Shown here one piece after another: positions 1 through 13,490 of a stretch of 64,000 bases of DNA. Location: assembly GCA_964016885.1 (NCBI GenBank), contig OZ024765.1:5828001-5892000 (forward strand), given 5' to 3'. Both the position numbers and the translations under genes were made by a program. Under the pieces are notes generated by a model. That model was given only the letters and a program-made list of their open reading frames with translations, was not told the DNA's origin and ran no database searches. Numbering within the stretch: the first letter of the stretch is position 1; each line of letters opens with the position of its first letter. The DNA is from Eledone cirrhosa (Eukaryota).

Positions 1-888
1 CTGTGGGTAAGCTACCTCGAATGATGCTATATATTAATCGAGAGGAGGAGGTGACTATTATAATTTTTATAAGTAATAATCTTTTAAAGACAAGAGGAAA
101 AAATTCATCATTAAAATCATAAATATATGTCTACAGAATACAGATTATCAAAATGAAATTAAAAGCAAGTAAATCAGGGGCCACTAAACTTTACATATTT
201 AGTTTTATTTCTATCGTGAAAAATGTTGATCTTCAGATATTAGATTATGGCGGCTGTAATTGTCTTTGTGTTTACGTGTTTGTTTGAAATCCTATTTTAA
301 TGTTCGTCTCTCTTTAAACATCGTTTATAGTTTGTTAAAATTAATTTTAGATTATTCGTACCTCGTCTGTGTGGTTTATTTTGATGTAGCGTCCCTGTCT
401 TGTTTATTTTTGGTTACATTTTAAATGTGAAATACAGGAACATCAGACATTAAAATGAAATGTTACGTAAAACACACACCTTGTGTTTATTCCAGGTATT
501 TAGATAGATGTCCAGATGTCCACTGACAACAAAATAATACAATCATCCAGTGAAACTTGGTAATAATCCAGGTTCGTTGCAGTCACCATTCACAGTAAAC
601 AATGGTTAGAAAGAATCAAAAACAAAAACAAAAGACGTATTCAGCAGTTAATGAAGTGAAAACAAAATAAAAACAACTTTACTGAATAAAATTCATTTCT
701 TAATTTCAATAAGGTTTTTTGTGCTTTCTTTTATAAAAAAAAACAAATTTTAATTAAAATATGTTGCATTTTATACATAAATTGTTTATTTTTCATAAAT
801 GCTTTTTAAAAATTCACGTGTTTGTTGTTATTATTATCATCAATATTATTATTATTATTAATAAAGGGCAGTGAATTTGCAGTGAATT

Positions 889-2672
889 GGCAGTTGCTGC
901 CCATGTCTCACTACCATGCAACATTGTGCATCTCACACAGGCATCAAACAACCAACCTTTTGTACGCAGGGAGAAACCCTTCTTTGTCACCAGAGGAGGC
1001 AGCTCCCTAAACTTCTTCCAGCCTGTCCTTTTTCTAGATACTATGGCCTCGGAACACCCCCCTCCCATACTAATCTGATCACCTAGGTACTGAAGCTATC
1101 AACCACTTTTATAGAACCTACTTGCCTTTGAAAAATGTGTCTATCAATGCGACTTCTACTGTCAAATTTCCCTGTACATCTACTGCATACGTAGTTTTCC
1201 CTACCTGTTAGTTTGCCTGCTATCCCACTACATCTCGTGTGTACCCAAGATCTGCATTGTGTACATTTTATAGAATGTATGCCAGTTCCTTTTCTGCATA
1301 TCGAACATGGCCATCAGAGTTTTGTCCTTTTTTCTACTTATCAACACTTTTGTTTTAGCTAGGTTCACACTCAGTCCTCTTAATTCCAACTGCTGTTTCC
1401 ATAGCCAGAATTTATTCTCTAACTCCTCTACTGATTCTGCTATAAAAACCAGATTGTCAGTATAGAGAAGTTCCCGTGGGCAGCTAGTCTTAAACTCCTC
1501 TGTTATGGCTTGGAGGACTATAATGAACAAGAGCGGGCTGAGGACCGAACTCTGATGTACTCCTCCTTGTATCTGGAATTCCTCACTAAACTCCATTCCT
1601 ACCCTCACTTTACAGACAGCACCTCTGTACAAAGCTTGCACTGTCCTCACAAGCCATTCCTCATCACCTAGTTTCCTTAGGGATCACCAGATGACAGATT
1701 GGGATACACTATCAAAGGCTTTCTCTAGGTCAACAAAAGCTAAGTATAATGGCTTATTCTTCTCTAAGAACCTCTCTTGTAGTTATCTCACTAAGAAGAG
1801 GGCATCGGTTGTACTTTTCTCAGGCACAAAACCAAACTGCATCTCATCTAGTTTGACTCTATCTCCAATTAGTTGCTCTAATATCCTTTCTGCCACTTTC
1901 ATAACCTGATCCATCAGTTTTATGCCTCTATAATTGATCCTCTCTAGAGCATCCCCTTTACCTTTGTAGCAATTTATGAGAATACTGCTGCACCACTCTT
2001 TGGGTATGACTGCACCATATATAGCTGATTGATTATGCTTGCAACCAGTTTAGTACCTACTTCTCCTCATGCCTTCAGCATCTCAGCAACTATCCCTGAT
2101 GGTCCAGCTGCCTTACCATTTTTCCTTTCTTTAATTGCCTCTTTGACCCTATAGTCATCAATCTCAATAGCTGGTCCCTCTGTTGGGTCAAATGTGGGTA
2201 GTTTCTCTCTCTCCCATTCATTCTCCACATTCATCAGCCTCTCATAATGGCATTTCCAGGCCTCCTTTTTCTGATCATTATTGACACTGAGTACACCAGC
2301 ATCATTCCGGACATATTTATCTCCAACAACATCCCGATTTACACTGACACACTGCCTTGCAATGCGGAACACTGCACGTCTTTGATCTTCCCGTCACAGA
2401 ACATTGGCAACCCTCCTATTCTCAGCCTCCCTGCGTGCTAAGTACACCTGACGTCTAGCTTCTTTCTTAGCGGCTGTGCATCGGTCTCTACTCCCACCAT
2501 TTATCCAAGTGTTCCATGCTAGTCTTTTGTCTCTAATGGCCTTATCTACCGTGTTGTCCCACCACCAGGTCACTCTCTGTCTGGTCGGAGCTCTGCTCCA
2601 GCCACAAGTGTCTTCAGCAGCCTGCAGTAAGTTGTCACATAAGAAATTCCAGTTATCATCTGTCATACAATT
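889..2672 (-). mobile_element. Decayed RTE-clade LINE fragment (ORF2 RT region, frameshifted)
   Basis: Fragments [27 protein letters not shown] and MLHGSETW, broken by stops and frameshifts. Confidence 0.9.
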
Positions 2673-3038
2673 CTAAAACGGCTTCTTTCTCGTCATACAC
2701 ATCTTTACATACATATATCTTGTGTATAAATACATATATCTTCTTTTATTATATACTAGCAGTGTATCCCGGCGTTGCACGAGTAAGAACATTGGTAACA
2801 GCACCTCCAATGAGAAACGTTTATTTGTGAGTGCCTGTTAAAAACTCAGGTTAATATACCGAGAGGAAACTTGTACGTCTTTTGGAGGAAGGAGTGACCA
2901 GCAGTACGTTGTTCGGTATTACGAAAAGGTGTAGCAGAGAATCCCGCGTGAACTAACAGCTTACCTCGAAGATTCATTTGCCAATGCTCCGTTTAGTTGG
3001 TATTTGTTGCGTGTGTATGTATATAATATATATATATA

Positions 3039-4822
3039 TGTGGGTCTCAATATGTAAACTAAACGACTAACACTGATTTCAGAAAAATCAACTTCTGCGA
3101 CCCCTTCTACCTTTGACCTTAAAGTATCCCTACAAAATCTCAATTAGTAATCTGTATAATTGTGAAAGTTATCAAGAAAGCAACTTAGTAAAGTGAAAGG
3201 TAAAGATTTTACAAAATAGTAAGTTGAATGAGTTGTTTCCCTTAGATGAAAGACAGTAAAATGAAGAGTCTACTGAATGCTAGAAATGGCAGCCACTGAA
3301 ATATTATTAATAATGGTAGTTTTAGTGGTCAAACAACCCTCAAATATGGCCATATTCAACAGTTTAACCTAGAATATCTCACTAAACTGAAGGAAACCCT
3401 CTTCAGTGGTTAAGAATCCTAGAAATGGCGACTAAATATCCCTCAAATCACAGAGAAGTGACGCTGGAAGTATTGAGAACAAATTCAATTATATATATAA
3501 TATACGAGGATAGGCTGACCAAGATACTCTCATGGAATGACCAAATGAGGTTTATTTTACAATGCAGTTATTAATAGAAAGAGGTGAAATTAATGCATGC
3601 AAGATTTCAGAGCCCTATCATCATTCCTATGAACTTTTAAGCCTATATACACATATATATATACATATACATATATATATATACATATATATATGTATAT
3701 ATATATGTATATACATCATGGGAGGGTAATGGCTGAATTTTATTTTTTAAACTGCGGCAGATATTTTAATATCTTTCTCGCCACCTTGTCTCTTGTTTTA
3801 TATAAGTAAATAATTAAAACAAATAATTTATTCTCCAACTCCCTTTAATCTTAACATTAAATTTCCGTGGTCCGGTGAGGGGTTAAGGTAAAGCAAAGGT
3901 AATCGTTAAACCAGTGTCACAATTAATGTTACACCATTATTCTCAAAACAATGTTGGATATTACGATTATGCTGAAGAGATAAATTTAATATTTTCTTTG
4001 GTGGCTTCCTTGGTAGGAATAAAGGATATTTTTTCTTACGTTCAAATTCTAGCAGAAGCTAAAGAAATAATTTTATTTAATTATTTATATATATATATCA
4101 TTTGTATGTTAAAATAAATAAAATTATTTTAACATACAAAATATAATATATATATATATATATGAGCTCTTGCCATTTCAATAGGTAGCTGAACTCATCT
4201 GGAAACGCAATAGCTCAGCTGTCGGGTCCCGACTCTTTATAAAATAACCATACTCTACTATACCAAGTATCGAGTACTCCGTTGAGTAGTGGTATCCATC
4301 CACAAATACATAAAACTTTACATCTTCCAAATATATATAATAAAATAAATAGAGATGATATAAAGTATATATACATCTTTCATTTATTACTATATACACA
4401 CATATATATAGCAATGTGCATATTAAATGTATCTATTTCCCATACTCCTGAATTCGTCCTAGATATTCTACGGAAAACGGATGAATATGGCCATATTTGA
4501 GGGTTGCTTGACCACTAAAACTATCATTATTTATAATTTCTCATTGGCTGCCATTTCTAGCATTCAGTAGACTCTTCGTTTTGTTGTCTTTCATCTAAGG
4601 GAAACAACTCATTCAACTTACTATTTTGTAAAACTGTACCTTTCATTTTACTAAATTTTTTACTTGATAACTTTCACAATTATACAGATTATTAATTGAG
4701 ATTTTGTAGGGATGCTTTAAGGTCCCAGATAGAAAGGGTCGCAGAAGTTGATTTTTCTAGGTTGTCGCTCTTGATTTTTTCGAAACCAGATTTAGTCGTT
4801 TAGTTACATATTGAGACCCACA
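3039..4822. repeat. ~320-bp inverted repeats (3039-3358 / 4482-4822) flanking 1.1 kb; MITE-like or paired inverted copies
   Basis: TGTGGGTCTCAATATGTAA... and ...TTACATATTGAGACCCACA, both flanked by TA. Confidence 0.65.
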
Positions 4823-5360
4823 TAATATATATGGTGGCTGCCAACTCGTTTTCAAGTACGGCCACTACTTTATATCCATGTAGGAGAACCCCTACCGATG
4901 CGCTGAACGAGTGTGACTTTTTAGTCCAGCCAGCGACTTGAAAACTCTGGTACAAACACTACACCTGTGACAATTATTGACACAGTGCTGGGCCCATGGT
5001 ACCATGTGACGACAAGTGCAGAGAGATCAGAGATCTCCAGATATAAAGCAATGCCTGTGCTGTGAAGCTTTTATAGTGAGCAAAGGCACTGTACAAAGCC
5101 AGTCCCACTCTCTTCACCAAGATAATATTTACCAAAAGGGCAAAGGAGCTCTTTAGAGTCAATGGCCATCCAAAATCACTGGGAGAGATGACCCCTTAGC
5201 CTTTGTCAAGGCAGAATTCTAGGAGAAGGAAAACTCTGATATAACACCTACAACCCTGATGGTATCCACATAATATATATATATATATACATACATACAT
5301 ACGTATATATATATATACATAAATATGTGTATATACATATATATATATATATATACATAA

Positions 5361-5407
<47 letters not shown>

Positions 5408-5501
5408 AATGTGTGTATATATATATATATATATACATAAATGTGTATATAAATATATATATATACATAAATATGTATATATATATACACAAATATGTGT
5501 G

Positions 5502-5551
<50 letters not shown>

Positions 5552-5959
5552 CGCGAATGGGAAAGCATAAACAAATTGAGCAAGAGACTAGTGTTGTCCC
5601 CGTGGAAAATCGGGACTTCTGCATTACTGCATAAGGCCAGATATCTCAGATTCTAGGGTGTTTTAACAATAGGGGCCCTTAATCCTACCACGCTTAATCT
5701 TACAGCTCACACTGGGTTCCTCTCATACCTAGTCTCTCCCTCAATTCGATCATGTTTCACCGTTCCTGTATATAACTATTACACATCCATCGGAGCAGGT
5801 TTAGATATAAACGAAAATAAAACAACTCCAACAACAAATTAGAAATACAGTTTTTCTTGTTATTTACATGAGTTAGCTTCTTGTGGGACGACTGTCCATG
5901 TGGACAGGAATAGCTGCCCAAGAACAGGTGCTCCTATTTAATATAGAGTCCATATATAT

Positions 5960-6136
5960 AATTGTTTCTACGTTTGGCACAAGGCCAGCAATTACCCAGT
6001 GCATTACTGGTACTTTATTTTATCGACCCCGTAAGGATGAAAGGCAAAGTTAACCTCGACGGGATTTGAACTCAGATCGTAAAGGGACGTAACTATGCTG
6101 GAAAGCATGGCGTCCGACCTTCTACCGATACTGCCA
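5960..6136 (-). mobile_element. SINE family B (GAGTTCAAATCCCGCCGAGG...CATCCTTACGGGGTCGATAAAATAAAGTACCAG)
   Basis: Dispersed ~180-bp repeat with a B box. Other copies at ~30680-30875, 36888-37065, 48970-49340, 54575-55530 and 61956-62147. Confidence 0.8.
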
Positions 6137-6206
6137 AATCACAGAGTCCATATATATAATACAGAGTATACGTATAACAATACAGAATATATATAACAAT
6201 ATACAG

Positions 6207-6238
<32 letters not shown>

Positions 6239-6359
6239 GGAGGTGAGTTTTATTGTAGTACAATAAAGCAATGCAGATATCGGATAAGAAGCACTCTACA
6301 GTTTGTGGGACTGGAGTATGCATAATATAAGATCAAAAGATGGTTAAAGGAGTTCCATA

Positions 6360-6430
6360 TATTTTATTATGCGCATTTCAAAAACAAACATCATCAAGCA
6401 ATAATATTTGTGTTTTCATCAGATAAAACA
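6360..6430 (-). ncRNA. Minimal type I hammerhead ribozyme (PLE pLTR)
   Basis: UGUUUUAU-CUGAUGA-stem II-GAAA-UGCGCA-UA-AUAAAAUA; stem I pairs and stem III is palindromic (AUGCGCAU). Confidence 0.8.
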
Positions 6431-8540
6431 GGAGAACATGATATGAAGGCCAAAAAACACTTGTTGATAGTGCAGTTTTAAATCAACATATGAAAAGTGG
6501 TTTTAGATTGATGTGTGATATTGGGAAAAATATTTTATTTAGAGAGGGGGGGGGGGGGAGGATGAAAAGGGAAGGAGATGAGAGGGAGAGATGGGTGATA
6601 GAGAGAAAGAGATAGTTTTTATAACTGAGAGGAGATATATTTTTTACATAGAGGGGTTGAAAACCGTTGGAAGATACTGTATAAATTAAAAATTTTGAAA
6701 ATTAACGAAGGGAGGATATGTGCGAGGAAAAAATATTTTATTTGGGGGGGGGGGTGAAAAAAAGGGGGGAGGAGATGAGAGTGAAGGTGGAGAGGGAGAG
6801 ATGGGTGATAGAGAGAAAGAGATAGTTTTTATAACTGAGAAAAAGATATATTGTTTTAATATAGAGAGGTTGGGAACCGTTGGAAGATAATGTATAAATT
6901 AAAGGAATTTGAAAATTAACGAAGGGAAATTATGTATGAAGATAGAGAGAAAAAAATAATAATTGTGGGTGAATATTCTAACGTCAAAAGAAGAAATGTA
7001 TGTATTGTGGCAATTTCAAAATTAGCGAAGAGAAAAGTTGTTATGGTTTGTGTGTAGAAGGATTTGAGAAAAATAATGTGAAGTTAAAGTTTGTATATTG
7101 AATTGATATGTATTAATAATGAGTTCGTTGATGGGGAGAAAAAAATAATAATAAATTAAGGATGAAATTGAGATTAAAAAGATTTATGATAGAGAGAAAA
7201 AATAATAATGATTGCGGATGAATATTCAAAATGTCAAAAACAAATGTTATTATTTTACGAGAAGATAGAATGAGGGTAATGAGTAAACGAGTATTATAGA
7301 GTGTATAATGCCCTTTAAAGTAAGGTAAGGTAGATGGGTATATTTTAAAGAGGTGTATGTATATGTGCCTTTGAGAAAAGATTCTAAATTGATAAAGAAT
7401 TGAATATTAACTGTATACTTTGTGAAAAGTTCTATGGAATTTATGCAGGCAGATAGAAAACAAATCTGAGCGTCTGTTTATTATAGAATCTAGGTTAGAG
7501 ATAATGGTAAATTTTTCATTTAGGCAGAGATTACAGATTTTAGATAGAGAGCTGTTCAAGTATGAGGATGCAGAAGAAATCTTTTTCCAAAAGATGTTAT
7601 ATTTAATGTTTTTGTCTTTTAAGGACCATATGAGTTCTGAGAGAGCAGTGTTAGTTCTTTTAAGTTTGTATTTGAAAGATGAATGATGATTATCATTACC
7701 CTCATTCTATCTTCTCGTAAAATAATAACATTTGTTTTTGACATTTTGAATATTCATCCGCAATCATTATTATTTTTTCTCTCTATCATAAATCTTTTTA
7801 ATCTCAATTTCATCCTTAATTTATTATTATTTTTTTCTCCCCATCAACGAACTCATTATTAATACATATCAATTCAATATACAAACTTTAACTTCACATT
7901 ATTTTTCTCAAATCCTTCTACACACAAACCATAACAACTTTTCTCTTCGCTAATTTTGAAATTGCCACAATACATACATTTCTTCTTTTGACGTTAGAAT
8001 ATTCACCCACAATTATTATTTTTTTCTCTCTATCTTCATACATAATTTCCCTTCGTTAATTTTCAAATTCCTTTAATTTATACATTATCTTCCAACGGTT
8101 CCCAACCTCTCTATATTAAAACAATATATCTTTTTCTCAGTTATAAAAACTATCTCTTTCTCTCTATCACCCATCTCTCCCTCTCCACCTTCACTCTCAT
8201 CTCCTCCCCCCTTTTTTTCATCCTCCCCCCCCCAAAAATAAAATATTTTTTCCTCGCACATATCCTCCCTTCGTTAATTTTCAAAATTTTTAATTTATAC
8301 AGTATCTTCCAACGGTTTTCAACCCCTCTATGTAAAAAATATATCTCCTCTCAGTTATAAAAACTATCTCTTTCTCTCTATCACCCATCTCTCCCTCTCA
8401 TCTCCTTCCCTTTTCATCCTCCCCCCCCTCTCTAAATAAAATATTTTTCCCAATATCACACATCAATCTAAAACCACTTTTCATATGTTGATTTAAAACT
8501 GCACTATCAACAAGTGTTTTTTAGCCTTCATATCATGTTC

Positions 8541-8611
8541 TGTTTTATCTGATGAAAACACAAATATTATTGCTTGATGATGTTTGTTTTTGAAATGCGC
8601 ATAATAAAATA
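8541..8611 (+). ncRNA. Minimal type I hammerhead ribozyme (inverted copy)
   Basis: Same motif as 6360-6430 on the opposite strand. Confidence 0.8.
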
Positions 8612-8639
8612 TATGGAACTCCTTTAACCATCTTTTGAT

Positions 8640-8669
<30 letters not shown>

Positions 8670-8674
<5 letters not shown>

Positions 8675-9720
8675 CAATACAGAGTATATATATATAACAA
8701 TACAGAGTATATATATAACAATACAGAGTATATATATATAACAATACAGAGTATATATATAACAATACAGAGTATATATATAACAATATAGAGTATATAT
8801 ATAACAATATAGAGTATATATATATAACAATACAGAGTATATATATATAACAATACAGAGTATATATATATAACAATACAGAGTATATATATAACAATAT
8901 AGAGTATATATATATAACAATACAGAGTATATATATATAACAATACAGAGTATATATATAACAATATAGAGTATATATATATAACAATACATAGTATATA
9001 TATATAACAATACAGAGTATATATATATAACAATACAGAGTATATATATATATAACAATACAGAGTATATATATAACAATATAGAGTATATATATAACAA
9101 TATAGAGTACATATATAACAATATAGAGTACATATATAACAATATAGAGTATATATATAACAATATAGAGTACAATATATACCTTTGATATAATACAGAG
9201 TACATATATATAATACAGAGTACATATATAACAATACAGAGTACATGTATAACAATACAGAGTACATGTATAACAATACAGAGTACATATATATAATACA
9301 GAGTACATATATATATATAATACAGAGTACATATATAACAATATGGAGTGCATATATATACTACAGACTACATACATATAATACAGAGTACATATATATA
9401 ATACAGAGTACATATATAACAATACGGAGTACATATATAACAATATGGAGTACATGTATATAATACAGAGTACATATATAACAACAGAGTACATATATAA
9501 CAATACAGAGTACATATATATAATACAGAGTACATATATAACAATACGGAGTACATATGTAACAATACGGAGTGCATATATAATACGGAGTACATATATA
9601 ACAATACAGAGTACATATATAACAATACAGAGTACATATATATAATACAGAGTACATATATATAATACAGCGTTCATATATATAATACAGAGTACATATA
9701 TATATAATACAGAGCATATA
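8670..9720. repeat. AT-rich ~20-bp minisatellite (ATAACAATACAGAGTA[C/T]AT)
   Basis: Direct inspection. Confidence 0.95.
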
Positions 9721-10300
9721 TAGAACAATATTAATGAAAATATTCTGCAGTACAGATCAATAGTTATGTCACAGCTCACCCTATGTAGGTTTAGCTGGCC
9801 TCCTACAAGGTTGTATCTCAGGAGGTTTGTTGGCTGTTTTAATGATAGGGACCTCAGTCCGGTCATCTTGTTGTCACAGTTTATGTAGGTTTAGTTGGCC
9901 TCCAGTATATATTACACAAAGAGAAGTGTGTTACACAGTGAGATGTGTGTAAAGAATTATTACAAGTGATTTTACCGTTACTGTATAGGGAACAATATCT
10001 ACAGGTTAGCAATTAAATAGAAAAAAACTAATTCAGAATCAAATCTCTGGATTAGAGTTTTAAATCACAACCTTATAACTATATTTTGCTGATACGAATC
10101 TAGCTTCGTTTCACCACCTATATGTGAAGTATCGGGTCACAGGATCCTCAGTCAGCAAATGCGAACACTGAACACTACACATCTAACCTCATGGATTGAG
10201 AGATTGCAAATATATATACATACATACAGATATATACATACATACATACAGATATATGTATATACATACATATATATATATATACATACATACATACATA

Positions 10301-10467
<167 letters not shown>

Positions 10468-10975
10468 TAAATCATGTCCTTAGAATTATTAGATAAAATA
10501 TATACCATTTCCTCTCCCAATTAGCATAATTAACCATATAAAAAATCAATTAGACCAAGCTATAAGAATAAAGGCTCTTATGAAGAAATCTCCAACAAAT
10601 AACCGAAAGTGGCCTCTTCGCGGTGGCCCCAATAGAGTATTTATCCAACATTTCGACAGCATGTAGAAACTGACTAAATATACCATCAACCATACACAAT
10701 TAGGTGTAAATTCAAACTGTATATATATATATATATAGAGATATATAAATGAAAGGTATAGAAATTGTTTTAGCGATAAGCTAACAGTATTCCATAACAT
10801 ATATGCGACTATGTCGTCCAGATGGGAAAAATGATTCAAACTCATCTCAAAAGAGAATCAGGATATAAATTCATCCACAGAATTTAGTGAAATCCAGGGA
10901 AAAATCAATAGAGCCTTAACTCATGATAAAATAAAGTCTAAAATACTTATCCTTCAATTTGGAAAAACATCAAAT

Positions 10976-11054
10976 GCTCTGTATAGTCTTAAAGATTATT
11001 TCATGAAAACTTTCAGTGGAGATGGTCACGGTTGGAATTCATCATCAGCAGAGC
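10976..11054 (-). ncRNA. Type I hammerhead ribozyme, copy 1 (one stem III mismatch)
   Basis: GCUCUG-CUGAUGA-...-GAAA-UAAUCUUUAAGACUA-UA-CAGAGC. Confidence 0.6.
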
Positions 11055-11540
11055 TCAACTCGATAACCAGGATTCTCACAGATTTATAAGCCAAAAAGGG
11101 AATTCTAAAACTGGCTAGTTCACCATCATGCGAGATTATGAAAAACGCACATGAGGAAAAACAGGGCTAGTGACGTCAGGATGAAATTTCAGCAAACAGC
11201 AATATTATTGCAGTTTTTATAAAAAAAACGGGATTAGTCACAGATAATTTAAGCACTCTAGGAAAAAAATCCGAGTATAAATATATAAATGAAAGGTATA
11301 GAAATTGTTTTAGCGATAAGCTAACAGTATTCCATAACATATATGCGACTATAGCGTCAAAATGGGAAAAATAGTTAACGTAAGATGTAGGAAAAATAAT
11401 TCAAACTCATCTCAAAAGAGAATCAGGATATAAATTCATCCACAGAATTTAGTGAAATCCAGGGAAAAATCAATAGAGCCTTAACTCATGATAAAATAAA
11501 GTCTAAAATACTTATCCTTCAATTTGGAAAAACATCAAAT

Positions 11541-11619
11541 GCTCTGTATAGTCTTAAAGACTATTTCATGAAAACTTTCAGTGGAGATGGTCACGGTTGG
11601 AATTCATCATCAGCAGAGC
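11541..11619 (-). ncRNA. Type I hammerhead ribozyme, copy 2
   Basis: Stem I GCUCUG/CAGAGC; core CUGAUGA and GAAA; stem II UGAA...UUCA; stem III UAGUCU/AGACUA; cleavage triplet AUA. Confidence 0.72.
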
Positions 11620-12105
11620 TCAACTCGATAACCAGGACTCTCACAGACTTATAAGCCAAAAAGGGAATTCTAAAACTGGCTAGTTCACCATCATGCATGA
11701 TTATGAAAAACGCACATGAGGAAAAACAGGGCTAGTGACGTCAGGATGAAATTTCAGCAAACAGCAATATTATCGCAGTTTTTATAAAAAAAATGGGATT
11801 AGTCACAGATAATTTAAGCACTCTAGGAAAAAAATCAGAGTATAAATATATAAATGAAAGGTATAGAAATTGTTTTAGCGATAAGCTAACAGTATTCCAT
11901 AACATATATGCGACTATAGCGTCAAAATGGGAAAAATAGTTAACGTAAGATGTAGGAAAAATAATTCAAACTCATCTCAAAAGAGAATCAGGATATAAAT
12001 TCATCCACAGAATTTAGTGAAATCCAGGGAAAAATCAATAGAGCCTTAACTCATGATAAAATAAAGTCTAAAATACTTATCCTTCAATTTGGAAAAACAT
12101 CAAAT

Positions 12106-12184
12106 GCTCTGTATAGTCTTAAAGACTATTTCATGAAAACTTTCAGTGGAGATGGTCACGGTTGGAATTCATCATCAGCAGAGC
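12106..12184 (-). ncRNA. Type I hammerhead ribozyme, copy 3
   Basis: Same fold as copy 2. Confidence 0.72.
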
Positions 12185-12670
12185 TCAACTCGATAACCAG
12201 GACTCTCACAGATTTATAAGCCAAAAAGGGAATTCTAAAACTGGCTAGTTCACCATCATGCATGATTATGAAAAACGCACATGAGGAAAAACAGGGCTAG
12301 TGACGTCAGGATGAAATTTCAGCAAACAGCAATATTATCGCAGTTTTTATAAAAAAAATGGGATTAGTCACAGATAATTTAAGCACTCTAGGAAAAAAAT
12401 CAGAGTATAAATATATAAATGAAAGGTATAGAAATTGTTTTAGCGATAAGCTAACAGTATTCCATAACATATATGCGACTATAGCGTCAAAATGGGAAAA
12501 ATAGTTAACGTAAGATGTAGGAAAAATAATTCAAACTCATCTCAAAAGAGAATCAGGATATAAATTCATCCACAGAATTTAGTGAAATCCAGGGAAAAAT
12601 CAATAGAGCCTTAACTCATGATAAAATAAAGTCTAAAATACTTATCCTTCAATTTGGAAAAACATCAAAT

Positions 12671-12749
12671 GCTCTGTATAGTCTTAAAGACTATTTCATG
12701 AAAACTTTCAGTGGAGATGGTCACGGTTGGAATTCATCATCAGCAGAGC
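12671..12749 (-). ncRNA. Type I hammerhead ribozyme, copy 4
   Basis: Same fold as copy 2. Confidence 0.72.
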
Positions 12750-12974
12750 TCAACTCGATAACCAGGACTCTCACAGATTTATAAGCCAAAAAGGGAATTC
12801 TAAAACTGGCTAGTTCACCATCATGCGTGATTATGAAAAACGCACATGAGGAAAAACAGGGCTAGTGATGTCAGGATGAAATGAATGTTTGTTTACAAGA
12901 AATAACAAATACATTCCAAAAACAACTCTACAAAAGAAGTTCAGCAAACAGCAATATTATTGCAGTTTTTATAA

Positions 12975-13323
12975 AAAAAAATATATATTTCATTTCATTT
13001 CATTTTACGTCCGCTTTTCCCTGCTTGCAAGGGTGGGACGGGAACTGATTCTGGCTTGATTTCTACAGCTGGATGCCCTTCCTAACACCAACCTCATTTA
13101 CAGTGAGTGCTGGGTGCTTTTTTGCCGTGGCACCTCCACGTCCACTTTGCAGTGGAATGATATGGACCCCAGTCCTTATCATCTCATTTCTACAGCTGAG
13201 TAAACTGGAGCAATGTGAAATAAAGTGTCTTGCTCAAGGACACAACACATCACCCGGTCCGAGAATTGAACTCACAACCTTTCGATTGCAAGGCCAATGC
13301 TCTAACCACTAAACCATGTGCCT

Positions 13324-13325
<2 letters not shown>
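12975..13325 (-). mobile_element. tRNA-headed SINE family A (MetaSINE/CephSINE-like, RTE-type tail)
   Basis: A box TAGTGG, B box GTTCAATTC, CCTTGAGCAAGACAC and GGAAGGGCATCCAGCTGTAGAAA domains; many copies in the window. Confidence 0.85.
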
Positions 13326-13376
<51 letters not shown>

Positions 13377-13393
13377 TATATATATATATATAG

Positions 13394-13424
<31 letters not shown>

Positions 13425-13490
13425 GAGACAGAAAGAGGGAAGGTAACAACTAACAAAAATACACATACACACATATACACACACAGACTG

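Larger units (their letters stand above)
6236..8645 (-). mobile_element. 5'-truncated Penelope-like element: GIY-YIG endonuclease C-terminus flanked by ~960-bp inverted pLTR copies
   Basis: 7691-7407 (-) translates NHHSSFKYKLKRTNTALSELIWSLK...CNLCLNEK..II..RRSDL.SICLHK, typical of the PLE endonuclease tail. Arms ~6325-7282 and ~7692-8645 are inverted and each contains an HHR. Confidence 0.85.
10741..12980 (-). repeat. 565-bp tandem repeat (~4 units), each with a hammerhead ribozyme: candidate non-LTR retrozyme array
   Basis: Near-identical units; HHR motifs start at 10976, 11541, 12106 and 12671 (period 565). Confidence 0.8.

Noticed and set aside
8493-9866. Long Y/I/C-rich ORFs (also 21327-24010, 33814-34623, 39292-40962, 57507-58212, 58787-59713)
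   Set aside because: Translations of micro/minisatellites; only small embedded true exons are coding.
13073-13312. Recurring 79-aa [12 protein letters not shown]...QCSNH
   Set aside because: Antisense reading of SINE A copies.
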